A stretch of DNA of 63,961 bases, filler included, from a bacterium (GTDB lineage Bacteria; UBA9089; CG2-30-40-21; SBAY01): NCBI GenBank assembly GCA_040757115.1. It is 5 parts of 5 records of this genome, joined end to end, with 100 filler letters (N's around TTAATTAATTAA, not from the genome) between each part and the next. Parts side by side here need not be neighbours in the genome. Positions count along the whole stretch, not along the records: positions 1 to 13,568 come from JBFLYA010000103.1; positions 13,669 to 27,219 come from JBFLYA010000104.1; 3 more parts are not named here. One strand, written 5' to 3'. Made by a program: the position numbers and the translations under genes. Shown piece after piece: positions 9,324 through 20,600 of the stretch. Every line of letters begins with the position of its first letter. Within the stretch, counting starts at the first letter, position 1. The notes beneath the pieces were generated by a model. The model saw only the letters and a program-made list of their open reading frames with translations, searched no databases and was not told the origin of the DNA.

Positions 9324-10622
9324 ATGGAATGTATAAAAATGCAAGTAAAAAAAGACAATACTAATCAAATAATTACAAGTCTGAGACTTCAGATAATTAT
9401 AGGAATAATAAATGCTATTTTTATAAATATAGCCATTAATCTCCTCATGCCGAAGGTTTGGCCCAATTTTCCTGTGGTAGAAGTTTGCATTTTAGTTGGG
9501 CTTTTACCTATTCTTGCTTTAATAGACTTAGCCCTTTTTGTCAAATTCAAACAACTTATCCTCAATCTGCTATGGATTTTGGTCATCGATGGCATTATCC
9601 TCACTACAATCCTCTATTTAATTGGTGAGATGAGATATTTATTTGTCTTCATCTATCTTATGCCCATTATGATGAGTGCCCCTATCTTTCCGCTAAGGCG
9701 TCTTATCATCCTCCCAATCGTTTATTCTCTCTTCTTTACCACCATGGTCTTTTTAGAGTATCTGGGAATGATTCAGATTATCGATACGCCTCATCTTGAG
9801 ATTACCATCTTCTATATTTTGCTGGTCTCAACCGTAACCATAATCCTTATTCATGCCATAACGATAATTATAGGAAGAACTATGGATAAAATAAATGAAA
9901 GGGATTGGCAGTTAAGATTGACCTATAAGGAACTGCAGGATTCACAGGATAAACTTGTTAAGGTAGAGAAACTTGCAGCGGTTTCTCAGATTGCCGCTGA
10001 GGCCGCTCATGAGGTAAAAAATCCATTACAGGTCATAAAATCAGGATTATACTATCTGAAAATAACTCACAAAGAGGATATTGATGCCCAGCAGACTATC
10101 CAGCAGATGGATAGTGCCGTAGGAAGGGCAACCGGGTTTATCAATGACCTGCTGAATTTCTCAAAGCCACTTGAGTTGAAAACGACTAAGTGCCAGGTGA
10201 ATAAATTAATCAAGGAGGCAATAAAGGAACTCCCTGAAGAACTTCTTTCTAATATCGATGTAACGCAAAACTTAGCCAGTGACCTGCCGGAGATTAATGT
10301 GGATTCTGACCGCATTCGTCAGGTGCTGGTTAATCTGGTGAAGAATGCGGCTGAGGCGATGGGAGGAGTTAAGAGTAAAAAGTTAAAAGTAAAAAGTGAA
10401 AGAGGGGGAGATTTTATCAAGATAGGCATCTCGGATACGGGCAAAGGCATAACCACAGAGGATATAAGCAAGATATTCGAGCCATTTTATACCACCAGAG
10501 GCAAAGGAATAGGTCTGGGGCTGGCTATCTGCCAGCGATTAATTGAGGCACACCAGGGCAGGATAGAGGTAGACAGTGAAGTTGGAAAGGGAACAACATT
10601 TGTGGTATTCCTGCCAATTTAG
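9324..10622 (+). CDS. Membrane-bound sensor histidine kinase (HisKA + HATPase_c)
   Basis: AAHEVKNPL H-box, QVLVNLVKNAAEAM N-box, DTGKGI, FEPFYTT, GIGLGLAI. Confidence 0.93.
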   Translation: MECIKMQVKKDNTNQIITSLRLQIIIGIINAIFINIAINLLMPKVWPNFPVVEVCILVGLLPILALIDLALFVKFKQLILNLLWILVIDGIILTTILYLIGEMRYLFVFIYLMPIMMSAPIFPLRRLIILPIVYSLFFTTMVFLEYLGMIQIIDTPHLEITIFYILLVSTVTIILIHAITIIIGRTMDKINERDWQLRLTYKELQDSQDKLVKVEKLAAVSQIAAEAAHEVKNPLQVIKSGLYYLKITHKEDIDAQQTIQQMDSAVGRATGFINDLLNFSKPLELKTTKCQVNKLIKEAIKELPEELLSNIDVTQNLASDLPEINVDSDRIRQVLVNLVKNAAEAMGGVKSKKLKVKSERGGDFIKIGISDTGKGITTEDISKIFEPFYTTRGKGIGLGLAICQRLIEAHQGRIEVDSEVGKGTTFVVFLPI

Positions 10623-10628
10623 AGAAAT

Positions 10629-10872
10629 GAAGCCTCTCGGATAAAAAATTCGGTGGTGTCTTAATCTAGCATAAAGGTTGAAATAGTGTCCGAAAAGGAG
10701 ATATGGGGATTATGGAGATAAGGAGATAAATTCATTCTAAAATTTTGCAAATTACAATGAATAATCTCCATATCTCCCTTTATCTCCTTATCCTCTTTTG
10801 GACACCAAATCTGCATAGATTTCACTATTAGCGTTATTTTCAGACACCACCCAAATTTATCTGAGAGCGTTC
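10629..10872. mobile_element. Family C element (GAAGCCTCTCGGATAAA...TTTATCTGAGAGCGTTC) enclosing a family B copy at 10652-10851
   Basis: Imperfect 17-bp TIR whose ends recur at 34590 and 56941; the interior is the inverse of 3602-3801. Confidence 0.8.
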
Positions 10873-10904
10873 TAAAAAATAAAGGGGGTTTTGAATCTTT
10901 TACT

Positions 10905-11885
10905 ATGTATTTCCCGCAATATCGGCCAAGAAGATTAAGACAGAATGAAAATTTCAGAAGACTGATTTGTGAAACAACATTATCTGTTGATGACCTGATT
11001 ATGCCTTATTTTGTTGTTCATGGAAAAGGAATAAGACAGGAAATTCCATCAATGCCAGGTAACTTTCATCTCTCGGTAGATGAATTGCTCAAAGAAGTAG
11101 AACAAATCGTTAGTTTAAATATCCCGGCTATTCTATTATTTGGCTTACCGGCAAGAAAAGATGAATTTGGTTCAGAGGCTTATTCAGAAAGTGGAATTAT
11201 TCAGCAGGCGGTCAGGGTTATCAAAGAGAAGGTAAAGGAGATACTTATTATCACCGATGTCTGTCTCTGTGAATATACCTCATCCGGGCATTGCGGGATG
11301 GTAAAAGGTGGGAAGATTCTCAATGACCCAACTTTAGACCTTTTAGCTAAAATTTCATTATCACATGTCAAGGCAGGTGCAGATATGGTTGCTCCTTCAG
11401 ATATGATGGATGGTCGAGTTGGGGCTATCCGCAAGGCGTTAGATGAAAATGGCTACACAGATGTCCCGATTATGTCTTATGCGGTGAAATATGCCTCTTC
11501 TTTTTATGCCCCATTTCGTGAAGCCGCTCAATCTACACCTGAATTTGGCGATAGGAAATCATATCAAATGAATATTGCTAATGTCAATGAGGCACTAAGA
11601 GAAGCAAGATTGGATATAGAGGAAGGAGCAGATATAATTATGGTCAAACCTGCCTTATCTTACCTTGATGTCATCTATCGTGTCAAGTCCAAATTCCATT
11701 ATCCAGTCGCCGCTTACAATGTGAGTGGCGAATTTGCAATGATTAAATCCGCCGCAGATAAAGGATTGATTGATGAAAAAAAGGTTGTGTTAGAGGTATT
11801 AACCTCAATCAAACGCGCCGGGGCAGATATGATATTGACTTATTTTGCTAAGGATGTTGCAAAATGGATAACGGATGGGAAGTAA
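10905..11885 (+). CDS. hemB: Porphobilinogen synthase (ALA dehydratase)
   Basis: [60 protein letters not shown]. Confidence 0.98.
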   Translation: MYFPQYRPRRLRQNENFRRLICETTLSVDDLIMPYFVVHGKGIRQEIPSMPGNFHLSVDELLKEVEQIVSLNIPAILLFGLPARKDEFGSEAYSESGIIQQAVRVIKEKVKEILIITDVCLCEYTSSGHCGMVKGGKILNDPTLDLLAKISLSHVKAGADMVAPSDMMDGRVGAIRKALDENGYTDVPIMSYAVKYASSFYAPFREAAQSTPEFGDRKSYQMNIANVNEALREARLDIEEGADIIMVKPALSYLDVIYRVKSKFHYPVAAYNVSGEFAMIKSAADKGLIDEKKVVLEVLTSIKRAGADMILTYFAKDVAKWITDGK

Positions 11886-12574
11886 GAAAGATTGGTCCTC
11901 TAAATTATCTGGTTATGCCTGCTTTTGAATCCGTCCTGCAGGGCGTAACAACTAAAGAGATAGGAGAATTTAACTCGGATAACCCTGAAAAAATAAAAAC
12001 CAGACTAAACGAGCTTTTTGGGATTAATCAAATAGCCTGGACAACACAACTTCACGGTGATGAAATTTATGTCATTGGGGAAAATAATTTTAATCAATTT
12101 GGAACCCAAGAGGCAGATGGTTTAATTACCAATATCCCGGGAATTTGCCTGACGATTAGAATTGCAGATTGCCTGCCAATATTTATTTTAGATAAAAAAA
12201 ATAAGGCGATTGGTTTAGTCCATGCAGGCTGGCGAGGAACGGTGAAATGTATTGTTCAAAAGGCAATACTTAAAATGATAACGCTTTATGGCTCTTCGCC
12301 AGAAGATTTCATAGTTGGATTTGGCCCTTCAATTGGTGTCTGCTGTTATAAAGTCGGGAATGATGTGACGGAATTAATCAAGGATAAAGATTTAGTCAAG
12401 GATGGCTATTTAAACCTGCAAAAGGCAAATAAAAAACAATTGCTTGAACTGGGTATTAATAATATTATTCTCAACCAATATTGCACTTATGATGAGCGTG
12501 ATTTATTCTTTTCTCATCGAAGAGGGGATAAGGGGAGGATGATAGCGTTTTTGCAGATGGGAGTGATGGAGTGA
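11864..12574 (+). CDS. pgeF: PgeF/YfiH family polyphenol oxidase / purine nucleoside phosphorylase
   Basis: [34 protein letters not shown]...FFSHR. Confidence 0.9.
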   Translation: MDNGWEVRKIGPLNYLVMPAFESVLQGVTTKEIGEFNSDNPEKIKTRLNELFGINQIAWTTQLHGDEIYVIGENNFNQFGTQEADGLITNIPGICLTIRIADCLPIFILDKKNKAIGLVHAGWRGTVKCIVQKAILKMITLYGSSPEDFIVGFGPSIGVCCYKVGNDVTELIKDKDLVKDGYLNLQKANKKQLLELGINNIILNQYCTYDERDLFFSHRRGDKGRMIAFLQMGVME

Positions 12575-12958
12575 AGGCGCCAAAAAGGGATATAGCCACA
12601 GAGTCACAGAGAACACAGAGGGAATATAGCAGTTATTAGTCAAAATTTTACTCAGAGTGGATAAGGGAAAAATCCCAAATCCCAAGCACCAAATTCCACA
12701 TACCAAAAAGCGAATTAGAGATTAGTGAATTAGAGATTAGATTTTACTAATTCGCTAATTCGCTTAATTCACTAATTCACTAAATGGAATTTGGAATTTG
12801 TGATTTGGAATTTCATAGCTATATCTATGTCAAATTTCGATTAATAAGTGCTATAATTCGTGTCCATTTGTGGCTAATTTCTCTAATTCTCTGTGAACTC
12901 TGTGCCTCTGTGGCTGAATGGTTACCCAAAATCACTATTCCACTACTCCATCATTCCC
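12558..12958. mobile_element. Multi-layer nested inverted-repeat cluster; includes TA-bounded element 12625-12855
   Basis: Concentric arms: GGAGTGAT/ACTCCATC, CACAGAG/CTCTGTG, TATAGCAGTTATTA/TAATAAGTGCTATA, AAATTCC/GGAATTT, GAATTAG/CTAATTC. Confidence 0.8.
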
Positions 12959-12979
12959 GGACTGAATGGAGGTAAAATA

Positions 12980-13447
12980 ATGGATTTTCGAGATATCATT
13001 TTACGGCTTTTATTAACCGTGGTTATGGGCGGGATTATTGGAGCAGAGCGGCAGATTCACCGCAAATCTGCCGGAATGAGAACACATATCCTCGTATGTC
13101 TGGGTTCGACATTAATGATGCTTATTTCCTTATTTATTTATGATACCTTCAAAGATGAAGTAAATGTTGACCCTGGTAGAATTGTTGGGCATGTCATCAG
13201 TGGCATTGGATTTTTAGGTGCTGGCACGATTATCGTTACTGGAGGTTCTATTCGAGGATTAACTACGGCGGCAACACTCTGGGTCACCGCCGCGGTAGGA
13301 TTAGCGGTTGGCTGTGGATTCTACTTAGCCGCAGGTATAACAACACTTATCATTCTCCTTGCCCTGATATGTTTAGAACCATTTGAAGAAAAATTCCTAT
13401 CAAAAGATAGAAAAGAGAAAATGGACAGCAATTCTCATTCTCTATAG
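12980..13447 (+). CDS. MgtC/SapB family membrane protein
   Basis: GGIIGAER...AGMRTHILVCLGS, DPGRI...VISGIGFLGAGTI, GLTTAATLW; GGAGG RBS before ATG 12980. Confidence 0.93.
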   Translation: MDFRDIILRLLLTVVMGGIIGAERQIHRKSAGMRTHILVCLGSTLMMLISLFIYDTFKDEVNVDPGRIVGHVISGIGFLGAGTIIVTGGSIRGLTTAATLWVTAAVGLAVGCGFYLAAGITTLIILLALICLEPFEEKFLSKDRKEKMDSNSHSL

Positions 13448-13568
13448 TTTCGTGATTTTTAGAAGATTGAAATCCCCTGAAAACACAAGGAAGAGGAATT
13501 ATTGCAAAGTTATGGCTAAACCATGAGTTGCAAAAAATAGTGAGTGAATTACAAAATTCCAAATCACA

Positions 13569-13668
13569 NNNNNNNNNNNNNNNNNNNNNNNNNNNNNNNN
13601 NNNNNNNNNNNNTTAATTAATTAANNNNNNNNNNNNNNNNNNNNNNNNNNNNNNNNNNNNNNNNNNNN
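13569..13668. other. Artificial contig linker
   Basis: N44-TTAATTAATTAA-N44, stop codons in all six frames. Confidence 0.98.
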
Positions 13669-13801
13669 AATTTGTTGTTTTCCACAATCAATTTCTACCT
13701 ATTTCTATAAATTTCAATCTATTTCTATTATCTTATCTCCATATCACTCTTATCTCCTTATCCCCTTTCTTACACTTTTGATATATAGCCTGAATGGTTA
13801 C
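13669..13801. mobile_element. Right half of a family A element at the contig start
   Basis: Nearly identical to 3804-3936; ends CCTGAATGGTTAC. Confidence 0.88.
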
Positions 13802-13809
13802 CTAAAGTT

Positions 13810-14478
13810 TTATAATTTTTGGGCCGTAATTATCCAGCGAGAGTCTTTCTTAGATAAATCCAGCCCCATTAATCTTTCCCGACATTCAAGGTCGGTAATT
13901 TCAAAATTCACCAGTAATTCTTTTATCTCATTCAGGCTAAAGAAATGTTGCGGTAGGTTTCCTTCGACATCGCCTGGAAGAAGGAATGTTTTTTCTTCGA
14001 TTTCCTCTCCTTTACCACATTCTGTATCACGGTCTGAACGAAGTGCTAAAAATAGTATTCCTTTTTGCGTCAGGACTCTTTCAATCTCTTGTATTCCTTT
14101 TTTTGCCTCTTTAATTAAGATATGGTCTAAAGTTCCCAGACAGATAACCACATCAAAATATTCTGAAGGATATGGTATTTGGGTTAGTGTATTTTTTTTT
14201 AGTTCTGCGGTTAGACCTTCCTGGTTTAACCAATTTTGTGTAATCTGGAGTGATTTTTGTGAAATGTCTATTCCATAGACATTAAAGCCTTTTTTGGCTA
14301 AATAGATGAGGTGTCTTCCATTACCACAGCCTAAATCTAAGATGCGGTTCACTTTTCTTTGTTTTCTTTCAATCTCTTTCGCCACAAATTGAACCAGGCA
14401 CTCACCCGGAACCCACATAACATAAGTTCCATCGCCGTAGAATTTATCCCAGGTTTCTTCAAATTTATAATGTTCCAT
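13810..14478 (-). CDS. Class I SAM-dependent methyltransferase
   Basis: ILDLGCGNGRH, GIDIS, YPSEYFDVVICLGTLDH. Confidence 0.92.
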   Translation of the reverse strand: MEHYKFEETWDKFYGDGTYVMWVPGECLVQFVAKEIERKQRKVNRILDLGCGNGRHLIYLAKKGFNVYGIDISQKSLQITQNWLNQEGLTAELKKNTLTQIPYPSEYFDVVICLGTLDHILIKEAKKGIQEIERVLTQKGILFLALRSDRDTECGKGEEIEEKTFLLPGDVEGNLPQHFFSLNEIKELLVNFEITDLECRERLMGLDLSKKDSRWIITAQKL

Positions 14479-14534
14479 ATTTGTAACTATTCAACCACAG
14501 ATGGGCAGGGATGAAATACTGATTTTAATTTTTG

Positions 14535-14775
14535 GTAACCGTTCACTTAATCCTTTACCGCAGAGACGCAAGAGTTCGCAGAGAGGAAAATATCTTTTTT
14601 TTCGTGTTTTTCGCTGTTTAAAAAGGCTTAAAAACAGTTAGTTAAAAGTAAGTATTAAAAGATTAATAAACAACGAAAGACCCGAAATGCACAAAAAAAA
14701 GAAATTTCTGTCTCTGGTGAATAGATTTTAATTTTTTTCTCTGCGTCTTTGTGGCATCTTGCGGTGAACGGTTAC
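14535..14775. mobile_element. Family A element with CGCAGAGA and CACGAAA arms
   Basis: GTAACCGTTCAC...GTGAACGGTTAC; inverted near-copy at 34713-34951. Confidence 0.88.
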
Positions 14776-14782
14776 TGTAATT

Positions 14783-15727
14783 TTACTCCTCTCCTCCTGA
14801 GTCAATGCGTCCAATTATTTGTGTTGCTATGCGAGTTCCGATAATTCCTGGTCGGCATTTAAACTTAGGTATTTCATTGGCATACATAACTAATGGCTCA
14901 TCCACCTTAGTTTTTAATCTCATGACATCACCTTCTTTTAATTCTAACATATCTCGCATAGTTACTTCAGTTTTACCTAACTCTACAATAAGAGGGATAT
15001 TTACATCGGCTATAGTTTTTCGCATTTTAGCCATATCTTCCGGGGAGACGGTTGATTTTATTTCTTCTGATAGGGCAGGTTCACCTTCACCAGTGAATTT
15101 TGAAATTATTGGTTCTATTGTAAGGAAAGGTAGGCAAAGAGTCATATTTCCTGTTGTTTCACCTGTTTTTACTTCTATGGTTCCAACAAGTACTTTTTCC
15201 TGCGGGGAAGTAATCTGAACAAACTGTGGATTTGATTCAATCCTTTTGACCTGAGGGGTTAAGGTAATTACATTTGCCCAGCCATTTTTTAAATCTATAA
15301 CAAAATCTCTCATAATACCTTCTACCACCTCAAATTCAATATCTGTCAATCCACGTGTCAGTGAAATAACCTCACCCTTACCACCTAATAATCTATCAAT
15401 AAAATTAAATATCACATTAGGCGTTACCTCAATTAACGCCATACCTTTCAACGGACTCATATCTATCATTCCGAGCACCGTTGGGACTTGAATAGTTTTG
15501 ACAAAATCAGCATAGGCAAATTGAGTAACGGTTAAAACTTTTGTTTGAACTGTAGAGGCTAATTTAGCCGATAAAGAGGAGGCAACTTTCTGAGAAAAGG
15601 CATCAAATATTACTTGTAGAGAAGCAATTTTTTCCTTACCGACATCTTTAGTTTTTCTAAAATCAAATTCTACAACCCGTTTTTCAAGCTCTTTTAAATC
15701 CTCGGTTATATCTTTTTTTTTAGTCAC
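14783..15727 (-). CDS. fliM: Flagellar motor switch protein FliM
   Basis: IDRLLGGKG...RGLTDIE, IESNPQFVQI, C-terminal SpoA domain (VELGKTEVTMRDMLELKEGDV); lacks the usual LSQxEIDALL N-terminus. Confidence 0.9.
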   Translation of the reverse strand: MTKKKDITEDLKELEKRVVEFDFRKTKDVGKEKIASLQVIFDAFSQKVASSLSAKLASTVQTKVLTVTQFAYADFVKTIQVPTVLGMIDMSPLKGMALIEVTPNVIFNFIDRLLGGKGEVISLTRGLTDIEFEVVEGIMRDFVIDLKNGWANVITLTPQVKRIESNPQFVQITSPQEKVLVGTIEVKTGETTGNMTLCLPFLTIEPIISKFTGEGEPALSEEIKSTVSPEDMAKMRKTIADVNIPLIVELGKTEVTMRDMLELKEGDVMRLKTKVDEPLVMYANEIPKFKCRPGIIGTRIATQIIGRIDSGGEE

Positions 15728-15746
15728 CTTATTTTCCCCCGGTATT

Positions 15747-15927
15747 TATAGCAGTTATTATTCAAAACTTTACTTAGAATTAAATTTTCTACCAATATAT
15801 CGTTCCTACGGAACTGCTTGATTTGTCTATCTATTCCTACCAATATTATGTTCCTAACGGAACGATTATTCTCATGCCTTATTTATGGGTATTATCCTAT
15901 GTAAACTTCCACTTAATAACCGCTATA
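15747..15927. mobile_element. TA-bounded element (TATAGCAGTTATT...AATAACCGCTATA) containing two REP-like hairpins
   Basis: TIR shared with 12625-12855; internal CTACCAATA...GTTCCTA(A)CGGAAC units. Confidence 0.78.
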
Positions 15928-16020
15928 GAATTGAGTAAACGGTCAGCCAGTGATGAGTAAGCAGAACTCAGTGACTATGGATTTTCGGCTCATTGTTCAC
16001 TGGATAGTGAGCACTCATAC

Positions 16021-16560
16021 CTATTGAACAAGTATTTGAAAATGGATATCCTCAATTTTCCCTTCTCGTAATATCTCATTGAGTGCCTTTTTCAATTCTT
16101 CTTTTAATGCCTTTTTCCCCTCAACGGTTCCTACCTCTATTGTTTTCCCTATGAGAACAGTATTAATAATATCCTTAATTTGAGTTTCTCGTTCACCTAA
16201 TTCTGCAGATAGCATATCATATTTTTCAGCATCATAATATAAAGTTACATCACTAATTTTAACATAGTGGTCTTCTTCAGGGTCAGATAATCTGGCGAGG
16301 TATGCCCCAATCTGATAAACATGTAGAGGTTTTGGAGGGAGTTTTTCCTCATGAGTGGTTTCTGGTTCAAATTCTAATTCAGGTGGAGTTGCTCGTTTTC
16401 CCGCGACGAACCAGGCAACAAGAGCGGCAATTACAAGGACTACTACCGCCACAATCGCTATCATCAGTATATTTGGTAAGCCACCCTTCGGCTTACCTTT
16501 CTCTTCACCTTCTGCGGCCTCTTCACCCGCAGTTGCTTCTGCTTTTTCCTCTTCTGCCAT
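16021..16560 (-). CDS. fliL: Flagellar basal-body associated protein FliL
   Basis: Acidic N-terminus, single TM helix, IKDII...GKKALKEELKKALNEILREGKIEDIHF; upstream of fliM. Confidence 0.85.
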   Translation of the reverse strand: MAEEEKAEATAGEEAAEGEEKGKPKGGLPNILMIAIVAVVVLVIAALVAWFVAGKRATPPELEFEPETTHEEKLPPKPLHVYQIGAYLARLSDPEEDHYVKISDVTLYYDAEKYDMLSAELGERETQIKDIINTVLIGKTIEVGTVEGKKALKEELKKALNEILREGKIEDIHFQILVQ

Positions 16561-16585
16561 AATAGATTACTCCTGTAAATATCTT

Positions 16586-16908
16586 GTAACTATTCACCAC
16601 GAAGAGCACGAAGGACACGAAATGGAATTTAAGGTCTTGTAATTTTCGGTAGTGTCTGACAATAACTACAATTCTTTTAACCACAAAGATCACAAAGAGT
16701 TTCACAAAAGAGTCAAAGATTTTTGAGAGAATAAATTTTTCCCTTTATTTCTTTGTGTATTCTTTGTGTACTTTGTGGTTAATTTCAGAGACCATCTAAT
16801 TTTCTTCGTGTTCTTCGTGGTGAATAGTTACGCGCATCCAATGACTCTATTCGATAATTCATCAAATTTCACTTCGTGCTCTCCGTGCCCTTCGTGGTGA
16901 ATAGTTAC
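16586..16908. mobile_element. Family A cluster (GTAACTATTCACCACGAAG...) with nested B-like element 16648-16796 and a GxxExxY 5-prime remnant
   Basis: TIR ends at 16831 and 16908; nested GGTAGTGTCTGA...TCAGAGACCATC with TSD TAATTTTC; minus-strand (M)KFDELSNRVIGCA at about 16832-16872. Confidence 0.85.
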
Positions 16909-16920
16909 CGCCGTAGTTTT

Positions 16921-17118
16921 TCAATCTTCATTTCCAAACATCCCCATCTTTTTCCGATATTCTATAATTCTTGAAATTATTGTCTCAATATTTTCTTTCA
17001 CGATATATTTGGTTCCGGAGATAAGGGTTATCGTGGTATCAGGGTTAGCTTCCATATTTTCGATTTGATGTGGGTTAAGAAAAAATTCACGACCATTAAG
17101 TCGAGTTAGTTTAATCAT
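16921..17118 (-). CDS. flbD: Flagellar protein FlbD
   Basis: MIKLTRLNGREFFLNPHQIENMEANPDTTITLISGTKYIVKE. Confidence 0.95.
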   Translation of the reverse strand: MIKLTRLNGREFFLNPHQIENMEANPDTTITLISGTKYIVKENIETIISRIIEYRKKMGMFGNED

Positions 17119-17248
17119 TTATCACCATTAAAAAGGCACAGTGCCAGGTGAAAGAATATATTTCTCTCTGTGCAATTTGTGGATTATTTGACTTGCACAG
17201 TTTGAATTATTTCCTTCCACCTGACCTATGCCTCTGCCCCAGTGACTC

Positions 17249-17567
17249 GTACGTGTTTAGCGTGTTCCAAATTGCGTTGATTTGAGACTTAACTCTTTGT
17301 TAAACAATAGGATACCGGTGCGAAATATTCCACAAGGAGTTTAATGCAAATATCAAACTGTAAAAATCAAAATGACAAAGCAAAATGCAAAAATACTTGT
17401 AAGGCAATAAATTAAACACGAAGTCAAGATTTTTGATATTTGATATGTCATTTTGCATTTTAATATCTAATTTTTGATTTTGTATTACACAACTTGTTGT
17501 GTTTGAAGTAGTTTCGCACTCAGTCAGTACCATTCATTTGTGCTCTCTGACCACGCTAAACAGGTAC
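17249..17567. mobile_element. Family D MITE-like element
   Basis: Copy of 4795-5168 with a shorter core; flanked by direct repeat GTGACTC. Confidence 0.88.
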
Positions 17568-17669
17568 GGTGACTCTGGTCACCTTCCTAAAATTTCATTC
17601 TTTATCTAAAAATGTAACCTTTAACTGGTGGAAAACTGTGAAAAATATAGGATGTGTCCCTACTTTCTA

Positions 17670-20600
17670 TTATAGTCTCTTCATCGCGATAATATCAATA
17701 AACATTTGGTCTGCGGTAGTTACGGTTCTTGAATTAGCCTGGAAGGCGCGCTGGGCAATAATCATATCAGCAAATTCTTGAACTAAGTCAACATTTGATT
17801 TCTCTAACTGACCTGCACTTATCGTTCCTCGTCCATCTAATCCTGGTTTACCTATGGAAGAAGTGCCAGAATTAACTGTTTCCGCAAAGGTTGTTGCATC
17901 AAGTTTTGCCAGACCACTTGGATTATCAAATTTAGCCATAGATATCTGGCCAATATCTTGCGTTTGGCCATTATCATATTCAGCAATAACTACCCCTTCT
18001 GAATTTATCTTTGTTTTTTCATCAATAAGTTTTCCTATCCTATATCCATTCTGTTCACTTACCTTTGCTGTAGATGGGTTTGAAGAAAGTTGTGTAACTT
18101 GATTAAAGTCAGGCATAATTTTACTTGGATTTTGACCCTTTTCTGGTGGTGGTGCACCCTCAGTTTCTGGTGGAGTAGGTGTTGGTGGTGGGTCAAAGTA
18201 TATCCCTTTATATCTTGAACCCGGGTCTAACGGGTCAGATGGTGACTCAAATATTTGAGAATTTTCTTTATCCAGTAGACCATTACCTGTAAAGGCTAAG
18301 ATACCATATCCCGCTATCTTCTCTCTTTCTACTGGATTCATTATATACCACAGCCATTTATTGTAACTTAATCTCTCAAATTGGAAATTCCCTTTATAAG
18401 GATTTCCCAGAGAGTCATAGATATCTTGCGGAGTAGTATATTGATATTCTGATTGTAGTTTCAGATTTGTGGTTACTGCCTCTCCAGAATCGGCTAATTG
18501 AGGAATAGCGTTACTTGGGTAATTCGTTTTCGTGGTATTTGGTGTAAAGGTGATATTTTCTGGTCCTTCATTTCCATTAGGGATAAAGACATCAACCGCC
18601 AGCGGGAATATCCGACGATAATCCACGGTTACTTGACCCGCACCTAATGTCCCTGGATTTCTCACCTCCCATATAGTACCAGTTGGGTCTGGCATATAGT
18701 ATTGTGAACCAGCATTTGGTTGTAAAAGGATACAATCAACTCCATTAGTTCCTTTGTTATCTTCGAATATCCAATCTGTTCGTGGTATAATTCTGCCATC
18801 TACTTTTACAACTAAAGATGTATCATCTACATCTGGATTATCTAAATCAAACGAATTTAATCGGGTATAACTTACCAGGTAAGACCCTGGTGTTGTCAGA
18901 ATTATTTGGTCCCTTCCACCAGGTCCGGTGCCGTCTGAAAATACCCAGGAATTTTCACCTACAACTCCCCCTCCAATGATATTCTTTATCAGAATAGTTG
19001 ATTCATCTACATCAGCATTATTCAGGGTAATAAGTGCCGTGCTTCCCCTATACATTCCTTCGTCAATCACCTGGGTACCACGCCTTCCCAGACCTGCTTC
19101 ACCTACTTCTTCATTTCTAATCACATTAGGTATGATATTTACTCTAAATAAATCATTTCCTGTCCCAAACAATCCTGTTGTTTCCCTCCATCCATCTTCT
19201 GGTCCAGGAACCTCTATTTCTAAATCCATAACAGAGTTATTATTACCTCCAACCTTTGTCCCTGTAGCAATATTGATTGCAGAAAAGAAAGGATGTAATC
19301 CTGTTTCTTCCAGGGTTATTTCATCACCCTCTTCACGACTTCTAATGCTAAATTTATCCATATCGGCATGATAGGTTAGAACTACCCTGGCTTCACTGGC
19401 ATTGATTTCATCGATTAAAGCATTTATTGTTGGATAATTAGCCGGAGTGATTGACCGCGACATATATATTCCACTTCTCGAGGTAATTTTGATTGTTCCA
19501 TCTACCGTGCCTCCTTCAAATTGGTCCCAACCAGCGGCCAGGTTTAGTGTTCGGTCTCCGCTTAATACCTTTGAACTACTGTAAATAACTGGAGAAGCCT
19601 CTGTATCAACATAATTATCAATTACCTGACCATTTTTATCTAATTGTAATATCCCTCGTGCCTCTACGGTTTTATTATAGTAATAGTCTGCCACGATTGT
19701 ATCTGTTTCCTGAACCGGTGAATGGGGGACCCCAATCCAGGCAAGCCCAGGATTTAGAATATTAGCCGCTGTCCAGAAACCATTAACATCAGTCTGGTGA
19801 ATTCTGATACCAAGATTTGCCGGATTAGTATTTATCAAATAGAATCTATCCTTTTGTGGGTCATATCTAAGAATAAGCGGCATTGGTGAGGCAAGGATAT
19901 CTGAGTAAGCATCATTAAAGAGATTAATAAACGATTGCACCGTGCCACTTCTAGTGCCTAAAGTTCCTCTCAGTCCGTCGGTCCATACCTGATGAATATT
20001 ATTATTCGATGACCAGCTGGTCCACACACCCGGACTTACTTCCCACATAACAGAAACACAACTTGAAAGTGCAGGCACAGTATTGAATCCACCTCGGAGA
20101 AAAGATTGTGTTAAATCTAATGTATTTTTTACTATCTCTTCACGGCTTTGCGGATTTGCATCAGCGGCTATTGTTACCCAGCTTTTACCTGGTACGGCAT
20201 TCATATGAAATCCTTCTCCGGGTAATTTAGCCAGACTAAGAAATCCCGCTGAGTTGGTTTGAATCGCTGAAATTGCCTGAGTATTCGTCATAAAAAATTT
20301 ATCTTCTTTAGCACTATATGAGAGTTTCACAATACCATTTGTTTTGGTTTTTACAAGAGACATAAATTCTTCCACTGAGTTAAATGTGCTTAACATTGGT
20401 GATGTCCAGTCTCCACCTTGCCATCTAAATGTTACCTGACTGGCAAGCATTGAACTTGTCCACAGACCAGTAGCCGCGGCACACCAATTAAACCCTGCCT
20501 CTCTAAAAGCTCTGGTAACATTTAATGTATCTGTTACCACCTCTTCACTACTACTTGCTGAATAGAAAGTAATCTGGTCATTTCCACCTACACCCTGGTT

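Noticed and set aside
13613-13624. TTAATTAATTAA recurring about every 13.6 kb
   Set aside because: Always centred in N runs; an artificial six-frame-stop contig linker, so synteny across it is meaningless
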